From a virus (taxonomy: Duplodnaviria; Caudoviricetes): 64,000 nucleotides of DNA. Positions within the stretch are counted from its first letter, which is position 1; each line of letters starts with the position of its first letter. The translations under genes and the position numbers were made by a program. Location of the stretch: IMG/VR virus record IMGVR_UViG_3300029305_005870; one strand, 5' to 3'. This document shows positions 1 through 8,739 of this stretch, piece by piece. The notes under the pieces are model-generated. The model was not told where the DNA came from, did not search any database, and saw only the letters and a list, made by a program, of their open reading frames with translations.

Positions 1-290
1 AAATAAAATTTTGTTTTTTCTATTTTAACAAAATTTTATTTTCCTCCCCACTGGTAAAAAGTGAAGTACAAACTAACTTTATTTTAAAAATTAAAGAAAA
101 ATCAAATAAAGTTTATTTTAAATTAAAATTATTATTTTTAGTCTTAATATATACGCTTAAAATAAATAAAATTTTGTTTTTTCTATTTTAACAAAATTTT
201 ATTTTCCTCCCCACTGGTAAAAAGTGAAGTACAAACTAACTTTATTTTAAAAATTAAAGAAAAATCAAATAAAGTTTATTTTAAATTAAA
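1..290. repeat. 127-bp exact direct repeat (1-127 and 164-290, period 163) with internal inverted repeats
   Basis: Identical copies by eye. Each holds a perfect 15-bp IR (aaataaaattttgtt / aacaaaattttattt) and a 10-bp IR (aactttattt / aaataaagtt). The first copy may be cut by the window edge. Confidence 0.9.
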
Positions 291-302
291 TAAAATAAAA
301 AG

Positions 303-338
303 AAAAAGACTGTAATAAATAAAAGTTACAGTCTTTTT
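303..338. terminator. Intrinsic terminator, probably bidirectional
   Basis: aaaaagactgtaa-N10-ttacagtcttttt hairpin flanked by A/T tracts. Confidence 0.75.
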
Positions 339-528
339 TATATATAATATTATGAAATCGTTACTCACTTGACCTAATTCTGCTTATATGGCATATTATT
401 ATACATAAGTATATAGGAAATTGACTTTTCGTTCAAAAAATTTTGTTGCTTTGTATCGATATATTTTCGACCCAACCCATCAAAAATTCAGCTAATTTTT
501 TATAAATTTTATAATATGAATCTATTTT

Positions 529-762
529 TTATATTATTTCTATAACACTATCTTCTTTATCTATATTATTTGCTAATATTACTTTTCCTAAGTTACTATC
601 TCCTACTATTTTATTTTCTTCTATTCTTACATTAGTTATAGTACATTTTACTTCTTTATTTACTATTACTTCTTTATTTATATTTGGAATTGTATTTGGA
701 ATTACTATATCATTTAAATTATATCTTCAATTACTTCTTGGTTTTAATTTAAGATATGGCAT
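529..762 (-). CDS. Hypothetical protein (77 aa, one TGA-Trp)
   Basis: AGGAG RBS, ATG at 762, open to TAA at 529 in table 4; absent from the track. Confidence 0.65.
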
Positions 763-802
763 AATGTTTTTCTCCTGTTTAAGTTGTTTACCTTAGTAGA
801 TA

Positions 803-1135
803 TTATTCTACCTTATCCCTTATCGCAAATGGATTTAGATTACCTGTGCTTTCATTTCCTTCTGTTACAGTAATATATTTATCCAGTGATATATCAAATA
901 TCTTATCCAATTTATTTACTGATCTGACTTTTGGTTCTTCTATTACTACTTCCCAATCTTCTGCTAAACAATTCTTTACAGTTAGATCTAGACTTCCTTC
1001 TGTTATTTGTTGTCCGCTTTGTAGTTTAATAGTTAACTTACCATTTACTCCATCTATATACCAGTATCCTTTGAAACAAGGTCTTTTTATTTTACATCCT
1101 TCTAACATTCTTAAATATGCTTCTTTGAATATCAT
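803..1135 (-). CDS. DUF2829 / Tad2-like protein
   Basis: N-terminal MxFxEA...GxKIKR and C-terminal LAEDWEVV motifs typical of DUF2829. Confidence 0.65.
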   Translation of the reverse strand: MIFKEAYLRMLEGCKIKRPCFKGYWYIDGVNGKLTIKLQSGQQITEGSLDLTVKNCLAEDWEVVIEEPKVRSVNKLDKIFDISLDKYITVTEGNESTGNLNPFAIRDKVE

Positions 1136-1140
1136 TATTA

Positions 1141-1329
1141 TTACTCCTTTACTTTTATTCCTAATTCTTCAATCTGTTGTAGAAATTCTTGGAACCAAGT
1201 ACTATTATATACATCTTTCTTTATATAACATCTTATGCATACTTCATCTTCTTCTGGTAACTCTTCTACTAATTGATTTAATAATTTTATAGCTTCCTTA
1301 CCTTTTTGTTTAATCTTTGTTGTTTCCAT
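1141..1329 (-). CDS. Hypothetical protein
   Basis: ORF track; start moved to METTK downstream of an AAAGG RBS. Confidence 0.6.
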   Translation of the reverse strand: METTKIKQKGKEAIKLLNQLVEELPEEDEVCIRCYIKKDVYNSTWFQEFLQQIEELGIKVKE

Positions 1330-1401
1330 ATTTTTTCTTTTTCTACCTTTTATATAATTACTTGAGTAAATACATGATTTCATTATCTCTAAGTTTTAAC
1401 A

Positions 1402-1806
1402 TTATTTCTTCTCCTTAAATATTAGACTAGGTCTTATGATGTTATATTTGTCTAATAGTTCTGGGTTTTCGTGGATATTACCTAATACAGTTAAAGCACG
1501 ATAACCTTCTACAAACCAGAATCTACGTGAAAAATCCACTCTATTAATTACTCTTACAATTTTAGAATCATCTTCTGTAATAAATGCAACTATATCATCC
1601 TCAAATACTTCTCTTCCATCTGAGGTTAAACGGTTTGTAGTCTGCATTAATATGAAATCATCTTGATCATACCATTCACTGTCAAATTTGATTCTCATAT
1701 TATTAAAGTCAATTAAGTCTGGAGTACACATAAATTTATGATCTACTAACCAGGCTCTATATTTATAATTGTGATATCTATCATATTTCAATTCCATTCC
1801 CAACAC
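1402..1806 (-). CDS. YopX-family protein
   Basis: KYRAW...LMQTT...GREVFEDDIV...VLGNIHENPELL. Confidence 0.85.
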   Translation of the reverse strand: MLGMELKYDRYHNYKYRAWLVDHKFMCTPDLIDFNNMRIKFDSEWYDQDDFILMQTTNRLTSDGREVFEDDIVAFITEDDSKIVRVINRVDFSRRFWFVEGYRALTVLGNIHENPELLDKYNIIRPSLIFKEKK

Positions 1807-1814
1807 CTCTTATC

Positions 1815-2279
1815 TTAAGAATAATTCCACTTTAAAGTTAAATCATAGGTTTCGCCACCTCTTGTATGACGTCTATCATCATGAGAAAATAATCCAATGC
1901 CATCTGATTTTCTTTCTGTTATTGTTAATAACATTTCCTCAGATGATATTACTTTATCATATTCATCATAAATATCAAATTGCTGAAATACTCTCTTCCA
2001 ATCATCCAAATTATTAATACCTAATTCAGGGTAGATACATAAACTGAACTTCCATCCATATGAAGATTTACCTATGTGTAATTCAAAGTAAAAATCAATA
2101 TCTTCAAGATTCTTATAGTAAGTTCTTTGGAAGACATAACCATTAGTTAATTCTATGATAGTTTCATTTCTATCAAGAAAGAAATGATCTTGTTTTTCTA
2201 AGATATGAAGTAAATTAATATATTCTTCTTTTGAATTAACTTTATATTTCAAATAATAATTACATCCCACAATAATCAA
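1815..2279 (-). CDS. Hypothetical phage protein
   Basis: LHIGKSSYGWKF...IYDEY motifs recalled from phage hypothetical proteins. Confidence 0.7.
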   Translation of the reverse strand: MIIVGCNYYLKYKVNSKEEYINLLHILEKQDHFFLDRNETIIELTNGYVFQRTYYKNLEDIDFYFELHIGKSSYGWKFSLCIYPELGINNLDDWKRVFQQFDIYDEYDKVISSEEMLLTITERKSDGIGLFSHDDRRHTRGGETYDLTLKWNYS

Positions 2280-2286
2280 ATCCTCT

Positions 2287-2478
2287 CTACATTTTATCTA
2301 ATTGCTTAAGTAAACATGCAATTTCATCATCTACCAATTTTAAAATCTTATCTAATAAACATTGACTACAATCTATATCCGGATCAGTAAAAGCATCCTC
2401 TATCCAATCTCTAAATCTTTCTGTTCCTTCTAAAGTGGTTAATAGACTAACTACCTCTAGTGCTTTTTCTCTAGTCAT
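2287..2478 (-). CDS. Hypothetical protein
   Basis: ORF tightly packed in the operon. Confidence 0.6.
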   Translation of the reverse strand: MTREKALEVVSLLTTLEGTERFRDWIEDAFTDPDIDCSQCLLDKILKLVDDEIACLLKQLDKM

Positions 2479-2480
2479 AC

Positions 2481-2930
2481 TTAATTTGACCTCGTCAAAT
2501 AACTATTTATGAAGCTACTATATAAACTGAATAATCTATCAATATCACCTGGCTTATGTCCATCCCAAGGTTCTGCAAATTCTCTTACTTCAATCTTAAA
2601 TAAATCCCAATACTTCATATCACAATGATAACTGTAATCTCCTTGTGGAGTTTTAATACTTGCTAAGAACATGTCATCATATCCAGTTCCATCAGCGTGC
2701 TTCTTTGCTTTATAAGAAAGTGTTGGATATTCATTACATAAGCAAGCAAATAGCTTTGTTCTATGTTCATATAATTCATTGAATGTATGATAACCATCAC
2801 TTGTTTCACCATTTATTTCTGTAGAAGTGTTTTGATTTTTTAAATCTCTTACAGCTTTATAAACAAGTCTTTTTAAAGTTTCATCTTCAATTTCATATTG
2901 TTCTAATTTTAATAAATCTTCTTTAGTCAT
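2481..2930 (-). CDS. WDGH-motif phage protein
   Basis: SDGYHTFNELYEHR...KKHADG...SYH...WDLF...WDGH. Confidence 0.75.
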   Translation of the reverse strand: MTKEDLLKLEQYEIEDETLKRLVYKAVRDLKNQNTSTEINGETSDGYHTFNELYEHRTKLFACLCNEYPTLSYKAKKHADGTGYDDMFLASIKTPQGDYSYHCDMKYWDLFKIEVREFAEPWDGHKPGDIDRLFSLYSSFINSYLTRSN

Positions 2931-3124
2931 TATTTTTCTCCTAACTTTAAATATTCTTCATATTTTTCTCTACTTCCGAATATCATAATCAATTCTTCTT
3001 CTGAATAGAATTGGCTAATCACAGTAGGTTTAGTATGTAATAAATTTAAACGTAGAGCCATTAGATTTGACTTATAACATTTTTCTGTTAATTCGAGTAT
3101 AACTTGTTCTTCTCTTGGTGTCAT
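2930..3124 (-). CDS. Hypothetical protein
   Basis: Stop/start overlap with the neighbouring gene. Confidence 0.6.
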   Translation of the reverse strand: MTPREEQVILELTEKCYKSNLMALRLNLLHTKPTVISQFYSEEELIMIFGSREKYEEYLKLGEK

Positions 3125-3130
3125 ATTACT

Positions 3131-3334
3131 TTATTCCCTTCTATCATTACCTATTATAAAATCCGATATTTTATTACCTAAAAATTTAAATATTAATAAA
3201 ACTGCTGTGATATATAAAACAAATAAAACTAAAAATAACCAATTATTAATATCTGATATAATTAATATTGGCACTAAAGGAATTACAAATATGGTAATTA
3301 TAAATAACATCTTTCCTGCTTGAATGTTTTTCAT
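3131..3334 (-). CDS. Small two-TM membrane protein
   Basis: Two hydrophobic segments; GAGGAG RBS. Confidence 0.65.
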   Translation of the reverse strand: MKNIQAGKMLFIITIFVIPLVPILIISDINNWLFLVLFVLYITAVLLIFKFLGNKISDFIIGNDRRE

Positions 3335-3356
3335 TTCTTTTCAACTCCTCTTACCA

Positions 3357-3464
3357 TTAATATGTGCAAGCTCAATATTTAAAAGGTTTTCTAGTTATCT
3401 TAGATAAGAATTTACATCCTTTACATGATTTTCTTTTTAGTGGACATTTAAGCTTACTCTTCAT
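3357..3464 (-). CDS. Small Cys-rich protein (35 aa, one TGA-Trp)
   Basis: MKSKLKCPLKRKSCKGCKFL...YWACTY; fills the gap and overlaps the upstream stop. Confidence 0.45.
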
Positions 3465-4014
3465 TTGAAGTCACAACCTTATTAAATATATCTTCATATT
3501 TAGAATTAGGTATTTGAACTTGTCTTAAGAACCATTTATAATCGCCCTCTTGATTTTTACCATACCAAACATTCTCAAATTTAATATTATTTTGATAACA
3601 TAAATTTTCTATAATTGAATCTATACCTAGTAATTTTTTATCTAGTTCAGTAAATGATACATTGAAGAAATACCATTGATCCTTAACATTCTTGGCAAAT
3701 TTCAGAATATATACATCACTAAGATGACTTTCAATTATTTCAATATAATCAGTTTGGTGTCAGTAATCAATATCACTATAATTTTTAAATTTAAATTCTT
3801 TAGTTGCAACTTCATAAAATAATGAATCTGGAATATCTTCCTCCAGATCATCATTTAAATATTCATATGCCTCTGCTTCAGTTTCAAAATAACCTAAATA
3901 ATCATCTGAATCTCCACAAGTCTCACAATACAACTCATCATACTCTAATTCATAATCTCTTGAATAGATATTACCATTTAAATGATTTCTATAAAAATAA
4001 GGCATTTTATTCAA
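3454..4014 (-). CDS. Hypothetical protein with CxxC (186 aa in table 4)
   Basis: Track ORF 3760..4014 continues about 100 codons past TGA to TAA. Confidence 0.75.
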
Positions 4015-4255
4015 CCTCCTGAAACAGATTTATATTCATAATCATACATTTATTACTTTTTATAATATACAATATTGTGTAAGGTATAAAACTAAAAATA
4101 ATTAAATTTGTATAACAATGTACTATTTTTGTTAATACCTCAGTATTCAATTCAAATACATATGAACCAAAACAAAATATTAGAACAAATACAAATATTG
4201 ATATAACATAACTTAATAAAGCAGTATATTCAAATGTAAATATTTTATTAGTCAT
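4007..4255 (-). CDS. Small membrane protein
   Basis: Two hydrophobic segments; overlaps both neighbours. Confidence 0.6.
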   Translation of the reverse strand: MTNKIFTFEYTALLSYVISIFVFVLIFCFGSYVFELNTEVLTKIVHCYTNLIIFSFIPYTILYIIKSNKCMIMNINLFQEVE

Positions 4256-4502
4256 TATTCACACCTTCATTCTTTTGGATAAGTGAATTTAAATATTCCG
4301 CAATATCTTCCATATCCCAATGATAATCATTACATGTTCCACAACCCCATTCACGAATTTCATTAGTTAAAGGATGTTTATATGCTAATACAAAACTCAT
4401 ACCATAATCATCTAAATAAATTTCAAATTCTATTCCATTACATATTTCCGTCTTTATATAATTAAAGTATTCACTAGTCTCTAATAAATGTTCTTTTCCC
4501 AC
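4248..4502 (-). CDS. Hypothetical protein
   Basis: AGGAGG RBS. Confidence 0.7.
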   Translation of the reverse strand: MGKEHLLETSEYFNYIKTEICNGIEFEIYLDDYGMSFVLAYKHPLTNEIREWGCGTCNDYHWDMEDIAEYLNSLIQKNEGVNND

Positions 4503-4513
4503 TATATTACCTC

Positions 4514-4897
4514 CTAATGTAATGATAGGAATGTAATAATTTTTCCTTTTACAAAATCATCATAATCCTTATCGCTTATTATTAAAACTGAAATTATATC
4601 TACATTATTTAATGGATAATATTTTCCATCTTTATAGATTACCTCTGCTACATGAACTTCTTGTGTGCTTGGATAATTTTCTAATCCTGTGATATAAGCA
4701 ACCTTATCTCCTTCATAAATATCTTTGCCATCATCATCTTTCATTCCAGTATATTGAAGTAGCTGTATCTCACTGAAATCACCATAACGATCTTTATGAC
4801 CAATCCAAGTTCCATGAAGTAAATCTAAACCTGTTATCTGTACTACTTCACCAGTTTTAATTATTCTAGCTTTAAATTTAATTTCATTATTTTTCAT
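4514..4897 (-). CDS. YopX-family protein
   Basis: IKFKAR...LLQYTGMKDDDGKDIYEGD. Confidence 0.85.
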   Translation of the reverse strand: MKNNEIKFKARIIKTGEVVQITGLDLLHGTWIGHKDRYGDFSEIQLLQYTGMKDDDGKDIYEGDKVAYITGLENYPSTQEVHVAEVIYKDGKYYPLNNVDIISVLIISDKDYDDFVKGKIITFLSLH

Positions 4898-4902
4898 AAG
4901 TA

Positions 4903-5295
4903 TTACTCCTCAGAAAATATTTTATTTATAAATTCAATTATTCTTTTATAACCGTTAGGTTTATATTCATTTAAATTGTTAACTACTTCATTCTTTTTAC
5001 ATATAATTATATTCAATCTCTCTTCAGCTGCTTGTGCCTTGGTAATAGTTTTTGCATTATTATTAATTAAATATGTTTGTATTCTATCCTCAATATAATC
5101 TTTAACAGCATTTAGTTCCTCGGCCTCAGCTACATAAGACCAATAGGAAAAATCACTTTTACAATTCTTTCTGTTAGCCTCATTTCTATCTAAACTAATA
5201 TGAATAACTGATAATTCAGTTATTAACTTATCGGTAGTCAAATCTTTAAGTGCATTAATTTTTTTGTCTACTACTTCTTGATTTCCATAGATCAT
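4903..5295 (-). CDS. Hypothetical protein
   Basis: GGAGG RBS, operon packing. Confidence 0.65.
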   Translation of the reverse strand: MIYGNQEVVDKKINALKDLTTDKLITELSVIHISLDRNEANRKNCKSDFSYWSYVAEAEELNAVKDYIEDRIQTYLINNNAKTITKAQAAEERLNIIICKKNEVVNNLNEYKPNGYKRIIEFINKIFSEE

Positions 5296-5301
5296 AATAC
5301 T

Positions 5302-5640
5302 TTACCTCCCGATTTTTATATAAGGTTGTTTGGGAATTAATATAAATATTTTTTCTAGTTGACTTAATTCCTTCTTATTTACATTACCAATTTGAATATA
5401 TTCTTTACTATCTATTCTATATGCTGGATGTATTTGAATAAATAAATTATATCTTTCCTCTTTTACATCTGGTTCTAGTTCAAATAATAAAGGACTTAAT
5501 AAACCCTTAACTGATTGAAAGTCTCTTAAATTTTCTAATAAATATATTACAAAACCAACTAACTCTCCTATATCTTTACATTTAGTAATTTTTAATAAAT
5601 AATGAAGTTTATCTGCTTCTAATTCAGTATTAGTCATCAT
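5302..5640 (-). CDS. Hypothetical protein
   Basis: Start moved to MMTN after a GAGGAGG RBS. Confidence 0.6.
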   Translation of the reverse strand: MMTNTELEADKLHYLLKITKCKDIGELVGFVIYLLENLRDFQSVKGLLSPLLFELEPDVKEERYNLFIQIHPAYRIDSKEYIQIGNVNKKELSQLEKIFILIPKQPYIKIGR

Positions 5641-5956
5641 ATACCTCCTCAAGAAGAATTCCATTTCTAAACGATCCCTTATCAAATCCTTTTAGAGTTT
5701 GTAGCCTCTTAACCTCTTTATCATCTATATCCCATATCCAACAAAGAGCTTCAATAACTTCTAAAACATCTGCCATTTCTTCTTTTATATTTTTTATATT
5801 TGAAGAATCCAATTCAGCCATTAACTCTTTACATTCTTCTTCTAACTTTAATTTTAGATAATGCTTATGTTCTGGTCTATCTAATAATCTAAATTTACAC
5901 TTTTTACCTGAAGCTTCAATGAATAAAGGTATTGAATCTCTAACTAGCTTTGGCAT
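5630..5956 (-). CDS. MazG-like / PRA-PH all-alpha nucleoside triphosphate pyrophosphohydrolase
   Basis: MPKLVRD.IP...KLEEECKE...EEMADVLEVI...KGSF. Confidence 0.85.
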   Translation of the reverse strand: MPKLVRDSIPLFIEASGKKCKFRLLDRPEHKHYLKLKLEEECKELMAELDSSNIKNIKEEMADVLEVIEALCWIWDIDDKEVKRLQTLKGFDKGSFRNGILLEEVYDD

Positions 5957-5958
5957 TT

Positions 5959-6210
5959 TTATTTACCTCCTCTTTGATTTCACAATATTCTTGCTTGTTC
6001 TTTTATTTCTCCATCTGTTTCAATAGAATATCTTCCCTTATAATCATAATAAGATACTTTCTTAGTTCTCACTCTAGGACCATAAGTATGACAATGCTTA
6101 CAGTAGAATTGACAATTATAACCTGCCTTGTTACCACTAGAAGCTGTTTTAATACTATATTCTATTTTATCACTATTGCAGAAAGGACAAGGTTTTAATA
6201 TAGAATTCAT
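5959..6210 (-). CDS. Lar-like restriction-alleviation zinc-ribbon protein
   Basis: LKPCPFC...CKHC; in table 4 it ends ILWNQRGGK, matching the family WNxR terminus with W encoded by TGA. Confidence 0.8.
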
Positions 6211-6411
6211 TTAAGATACCTCAATTTCTTCATCTTTCCATATCGAATATCTCGGATGTTTACTTCTATCTACATCCTCTTTAATCGTGAAGAATCTAAC
6301 ATCATATATATAAGCATCAATATGAGTTGGTGTAATATCGAATTTTTTAATAAAATATTCTTCTAATTCATTTACAGTACAATCTCTAACTTTCTTTTTC
6401 ATAATTAACAA
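6211..6411 (-). CDS. Hypothetical protein
   Basis: ORF track, operon packing. Confidence 0.6.
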   Translation of the reverse strand: MLIMKKKVRDCTVNELEEYFIKKFDITPTHIDAYIYDVRFFTIKEDVDRSKHPRYSIWKDEEIEVS

Positions 6412-6623
6412 CTAACCTCACTTATTGTTTCTTCTAATTCTTCTATATAATCTTCTAAATCTATTATCTTATTTTTTAATTCTTCTACTTCAGGAATATC
6501 TTCTGCACAATCAGTTATAAATATTTCTCCTAACTGATTTGTTTCAACTATAATTTTATTATTACCAAATTGTTTTCCTTTTAAAGCTTTTCTGATAGCA
6601 TCTTCTAATTTATAATATATCAT
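6405..6623 (-). CDS. Hypothetical protein, C-terminal coiled coil
   Basis: ORF track, overlaps neighbours. Confidence 0.6.
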   Translation of the reverse strand: MIYYKLEDAIRKALKGKQFGNNKIIVETNQLGEIFITDCAEDIPEVEELKNKIIDLEDYIEELEETISEVSC

Positions 6624-6936
6624 TTAATAACTCCTTTACATTTCTTCCTAATAAGATTAATCTTTTTAAATAATCTAATTTATTTTTTTCTGCACAATAT
6701 ACTAAAATTAAATCCTTTAATTCAGATATAATTTCATTTTTATTACTATAATAATTTAAATATTTAGAGTATCGATTTCCATATATAAATTCAAAAACAT
6801 CATAAATATAATAATCTAAATTATCATATTTAGAAGGATATAAATCTATTTCAGATATTAATTCTTCTATAAAACCATCAATATCATAAAAATTAATTTC
6901 TTCTCTTAAAAAATCTTTCTTTAAAATAAGTAACAT
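6610..6936 (-). CDS. Hypothetical protein
   Basis: ORF track, AAGGA RBS. Confidence 0.6.
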   Translation of the reverse strand: MLLILKKDFLREEINFYDIDGFIEELISEIDLYPSKYDNLDYYIYDVFEFIYGNRYSKYLNYYSNKNEIISELKDLILVYCAEKNKLDYLKRLILLGRNVKELLNDIL

Positions 6937-6950
6937 AATATATCATCCTT

Positions 6951-7205
6951 TTACTCTACTAAAGTTACATCCAATATAGGAGTATTAATTTCTTCATATT
7001 CATCAAAAAGAGATGTTTCTAATTTTACTTGAATGCATTTTATTTCTAAATCACTTAAATATTCAAAAGACTCTAGTTCAAAATGTTTTTTATATTCATT
7101 TGTATCTATAACTTCTATGTATCCCTGATAATTAGTAAATAAGTATATTTCTAATTTACCTTTTTTTATTTTTTGTAATAAGTCTTTTAGAATCATTTTG
7201 ATCAC
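6951..7205 (-). CDS. Hypothetical protein
   Basis: ORF track. Confidence 0.55.
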   Translation of the reverse strand: MIKMILKDLLQKIKKGKLEIYLFTNYQGYIEVIDTNEYKKHFELESFEYLSDLEIKCIQVKLETSLFDEYEEINTPILDVTLVE

Positions 7206-7458
7206 TTTCTTTCGTTTTAATATAGTTGTATTTAATCATGCTGTCCAAACCTAAAGGATATTCATAATCAATTAATTTTATTTTTAAAATAAAATTATTT
7301 ATATTTGTAAATTCTTCATCTATTGTGTAATCTAAATAAGGATTTAAAGATTCAATATTATATAAAAAATTTCCGTAAAATCTAGAATTATATTTATTAT
7401 ATAAAGAGATATATAAATCTTTATTTAATTTTTTATTAAAATATTCACGTAATTTCAT
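7156..7458 (-). CDS. Hypothetical protein
   Basis: ORF track. Confidence 0.55.
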   Translation of the reverse strand: MKLREYFNKKLNKDLYISLYNKYNSRFYGNFLYNIESLNPYLDYTIDEEFTNINNFILKIKLIDYEYPLGLDSMIKYNYIKTKESDQNDSKRLITKNKKR

Positions 7459-7469
7459 AACTTAAATTC

Positions 7470-8057
7470 CTAAATAAATAATTCTTCAATAATTGGCTTT
7501 ATTTCATAATCACTGAATTCTCTTAGATAAGTATATTCAATTGCTTCATATAATGAATCAGAAATTTCTTTTAAATGATACTCTCTCCATACAGTATACA
7601 ACCAATCAGTATACTCATTCATTGTTGCAAAATGACCAACATAGTCTTCTAAACATTGACCACAAGATACAGTTTCAAAATTAAAGATACCCTCTTCATT
7701 TTCAAATTCATAATCGGTGCAACTACAATCACAAATTGCTTTATAATATTTACCTTCATAGTTTTGATCCACAATTTCTTGCATTAATTGTTTTTTAATG
7801 TTATCATCAAAATTTGCACATTCTAAATCAATTTCAGGGTGTGCTTCTGAACAATACTTATCCCATTCAAATCCACAATCATCGAAGTAGGAAATACAGT
7901 CATTAAGTCTAAAGTCATTACAGTTAATTAATTTACCTACAGAAGCACACATTGAAAATTCATTATTACCTTTTTGGTTCTTTCTAACTTCAACCTCAAA
8001 TATAATTATCTCTTTTTCTTCATAATTTATTCCAGCTAATAATTTAAATTTTAACAT
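7470..8057 (-). CDS. Hypothetical acidic, Cys-rich protein
   Basis: 195-aa ORF with GAGGG RBS, first gene of the accessory operon. Confidence 0.75.
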   Translation of the reverse strand: MLKFKLLAGINYEEKEIIIFEVEVRKNQKGNNEFSMCASVGKLINCNDFRLNDCISYFDDCGFEWDKYCSEAHPEIDLECANFDDNIKKQLMQEIVDQNYEGKYYKAICDCSCTDYEFENEEGIFNFETVSCGQCLEDYVGHFATMNEYTDWLYTVWREYHLKEISDSLYEAIEYTYLREFSDYEIKPIIEELFI

Positions 8058-8196
8058 TGTTAACCCTCTTATTTTAATATATCATTTTCGCTTTTAAATC
8101 AAGGTTTATTTTTAGTATAATAATTTTTTATTTACTATTTAATAAAATAACGTTTAAAAGCAAATAAAGCATTATTTAAATAAAGTTAAAATATTT

Positions 8197-8664
8197 TTAT
8201 TTATTAATATGCTCTAATATCTTTTCATAATTTTCTTTTGTAGTTACTACTACATAATCAACAACTTCATTTATAATAAAATTCTTTAATTCTTCTTTAA
8301 AAGATTCATTATTTTTAATTTCTTTCTTTAAAGGATTTTTATCTAAAGATTCAGTAATTTTTTGTTTTATAAAACTTGAATAATTCTTTTCTTTTAAGTA
8401 ATTAATTAATTCTTTTTCATCAGTATATCCTACATTAGTTCTATGAAATCTTTGAGCAATTATATCATTAACTTTAATTGGATCGTCATTTTCAATTTGA
8501 AGTAACAAATCTTTTTTGTCTTCATCTACTAAAGTTTCTAATTTTTTAATTTCTTCTTTATTTTTATTTATTTGAGAAAGTAAATCCTCATTCTTTTTAT
8601 TAAGTTCTTCTATTTCACTTTGATTAATATAAATTCTATCAATAAGACAATCTCTATTTAACAT
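8197..8664 (-). CDS. Mu Gam-like host-nuclease inhibitor (candidate)
   Basis: N-terminal coiled coil, then ELINYLKE...FIKQK..ESLDKNPLKKEI, resembling Gam/gp157-type C-termini. Confidence 0.5.
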   Translation of the reverse strand: MLNRDCLIDRIYINQSEIEELNKKNEDLLSQINKNKEEIKKLETLVDEDKKDLLLQIENDDPIKVNDIIAQRFHRTNVGYTDEKELINYLKEKNYSSFIKQKITESLDKNPLKKEIKNNESFKEELKNFIINEVVDYVVVTTKENYEKILEHINK

Positions 8665-8711
8665 TTTATTCTATTCCTTTCATATTTATATATTTATACA
8701 ATATACAAAAA

Positions 8712-8739
8712 AAAATGAAGGAATTTTTACCTTCATTTT
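8712..8739 (-). terminator. Intrinsic terminator
   Basis: aaaatgaagg-N8-ccttcatttt directly after the AP2 gene stop. Confidence 0.7.

Noticed and set aside
1-290. CRISPR array (repeat, 36-bp spacer, repeat)
   Set aside because: The repeat is 127 bp, only two copies are visible, and there is no cas operon.
340-530. Suppressor tRNA-Trp(UCA) in this or other intergenic gaps
   Set aside because: No cloverleaf or T-loop GTTCRA signature was found by eye. tRNAscan-SE or ARAGORN on the full genome is needed.
846-1292. Plus-strand track ORFs opposite minus-strand genes (also 3804, 5950, 14501, 15038, 15462, 22011, 25509, 26813, 35420, 39001, 43741, 43896, 49388)
   Set aside because: Antisense shadows of real genes, with no RBS and low-complexity Ser/Leu/Phe-rich translations.
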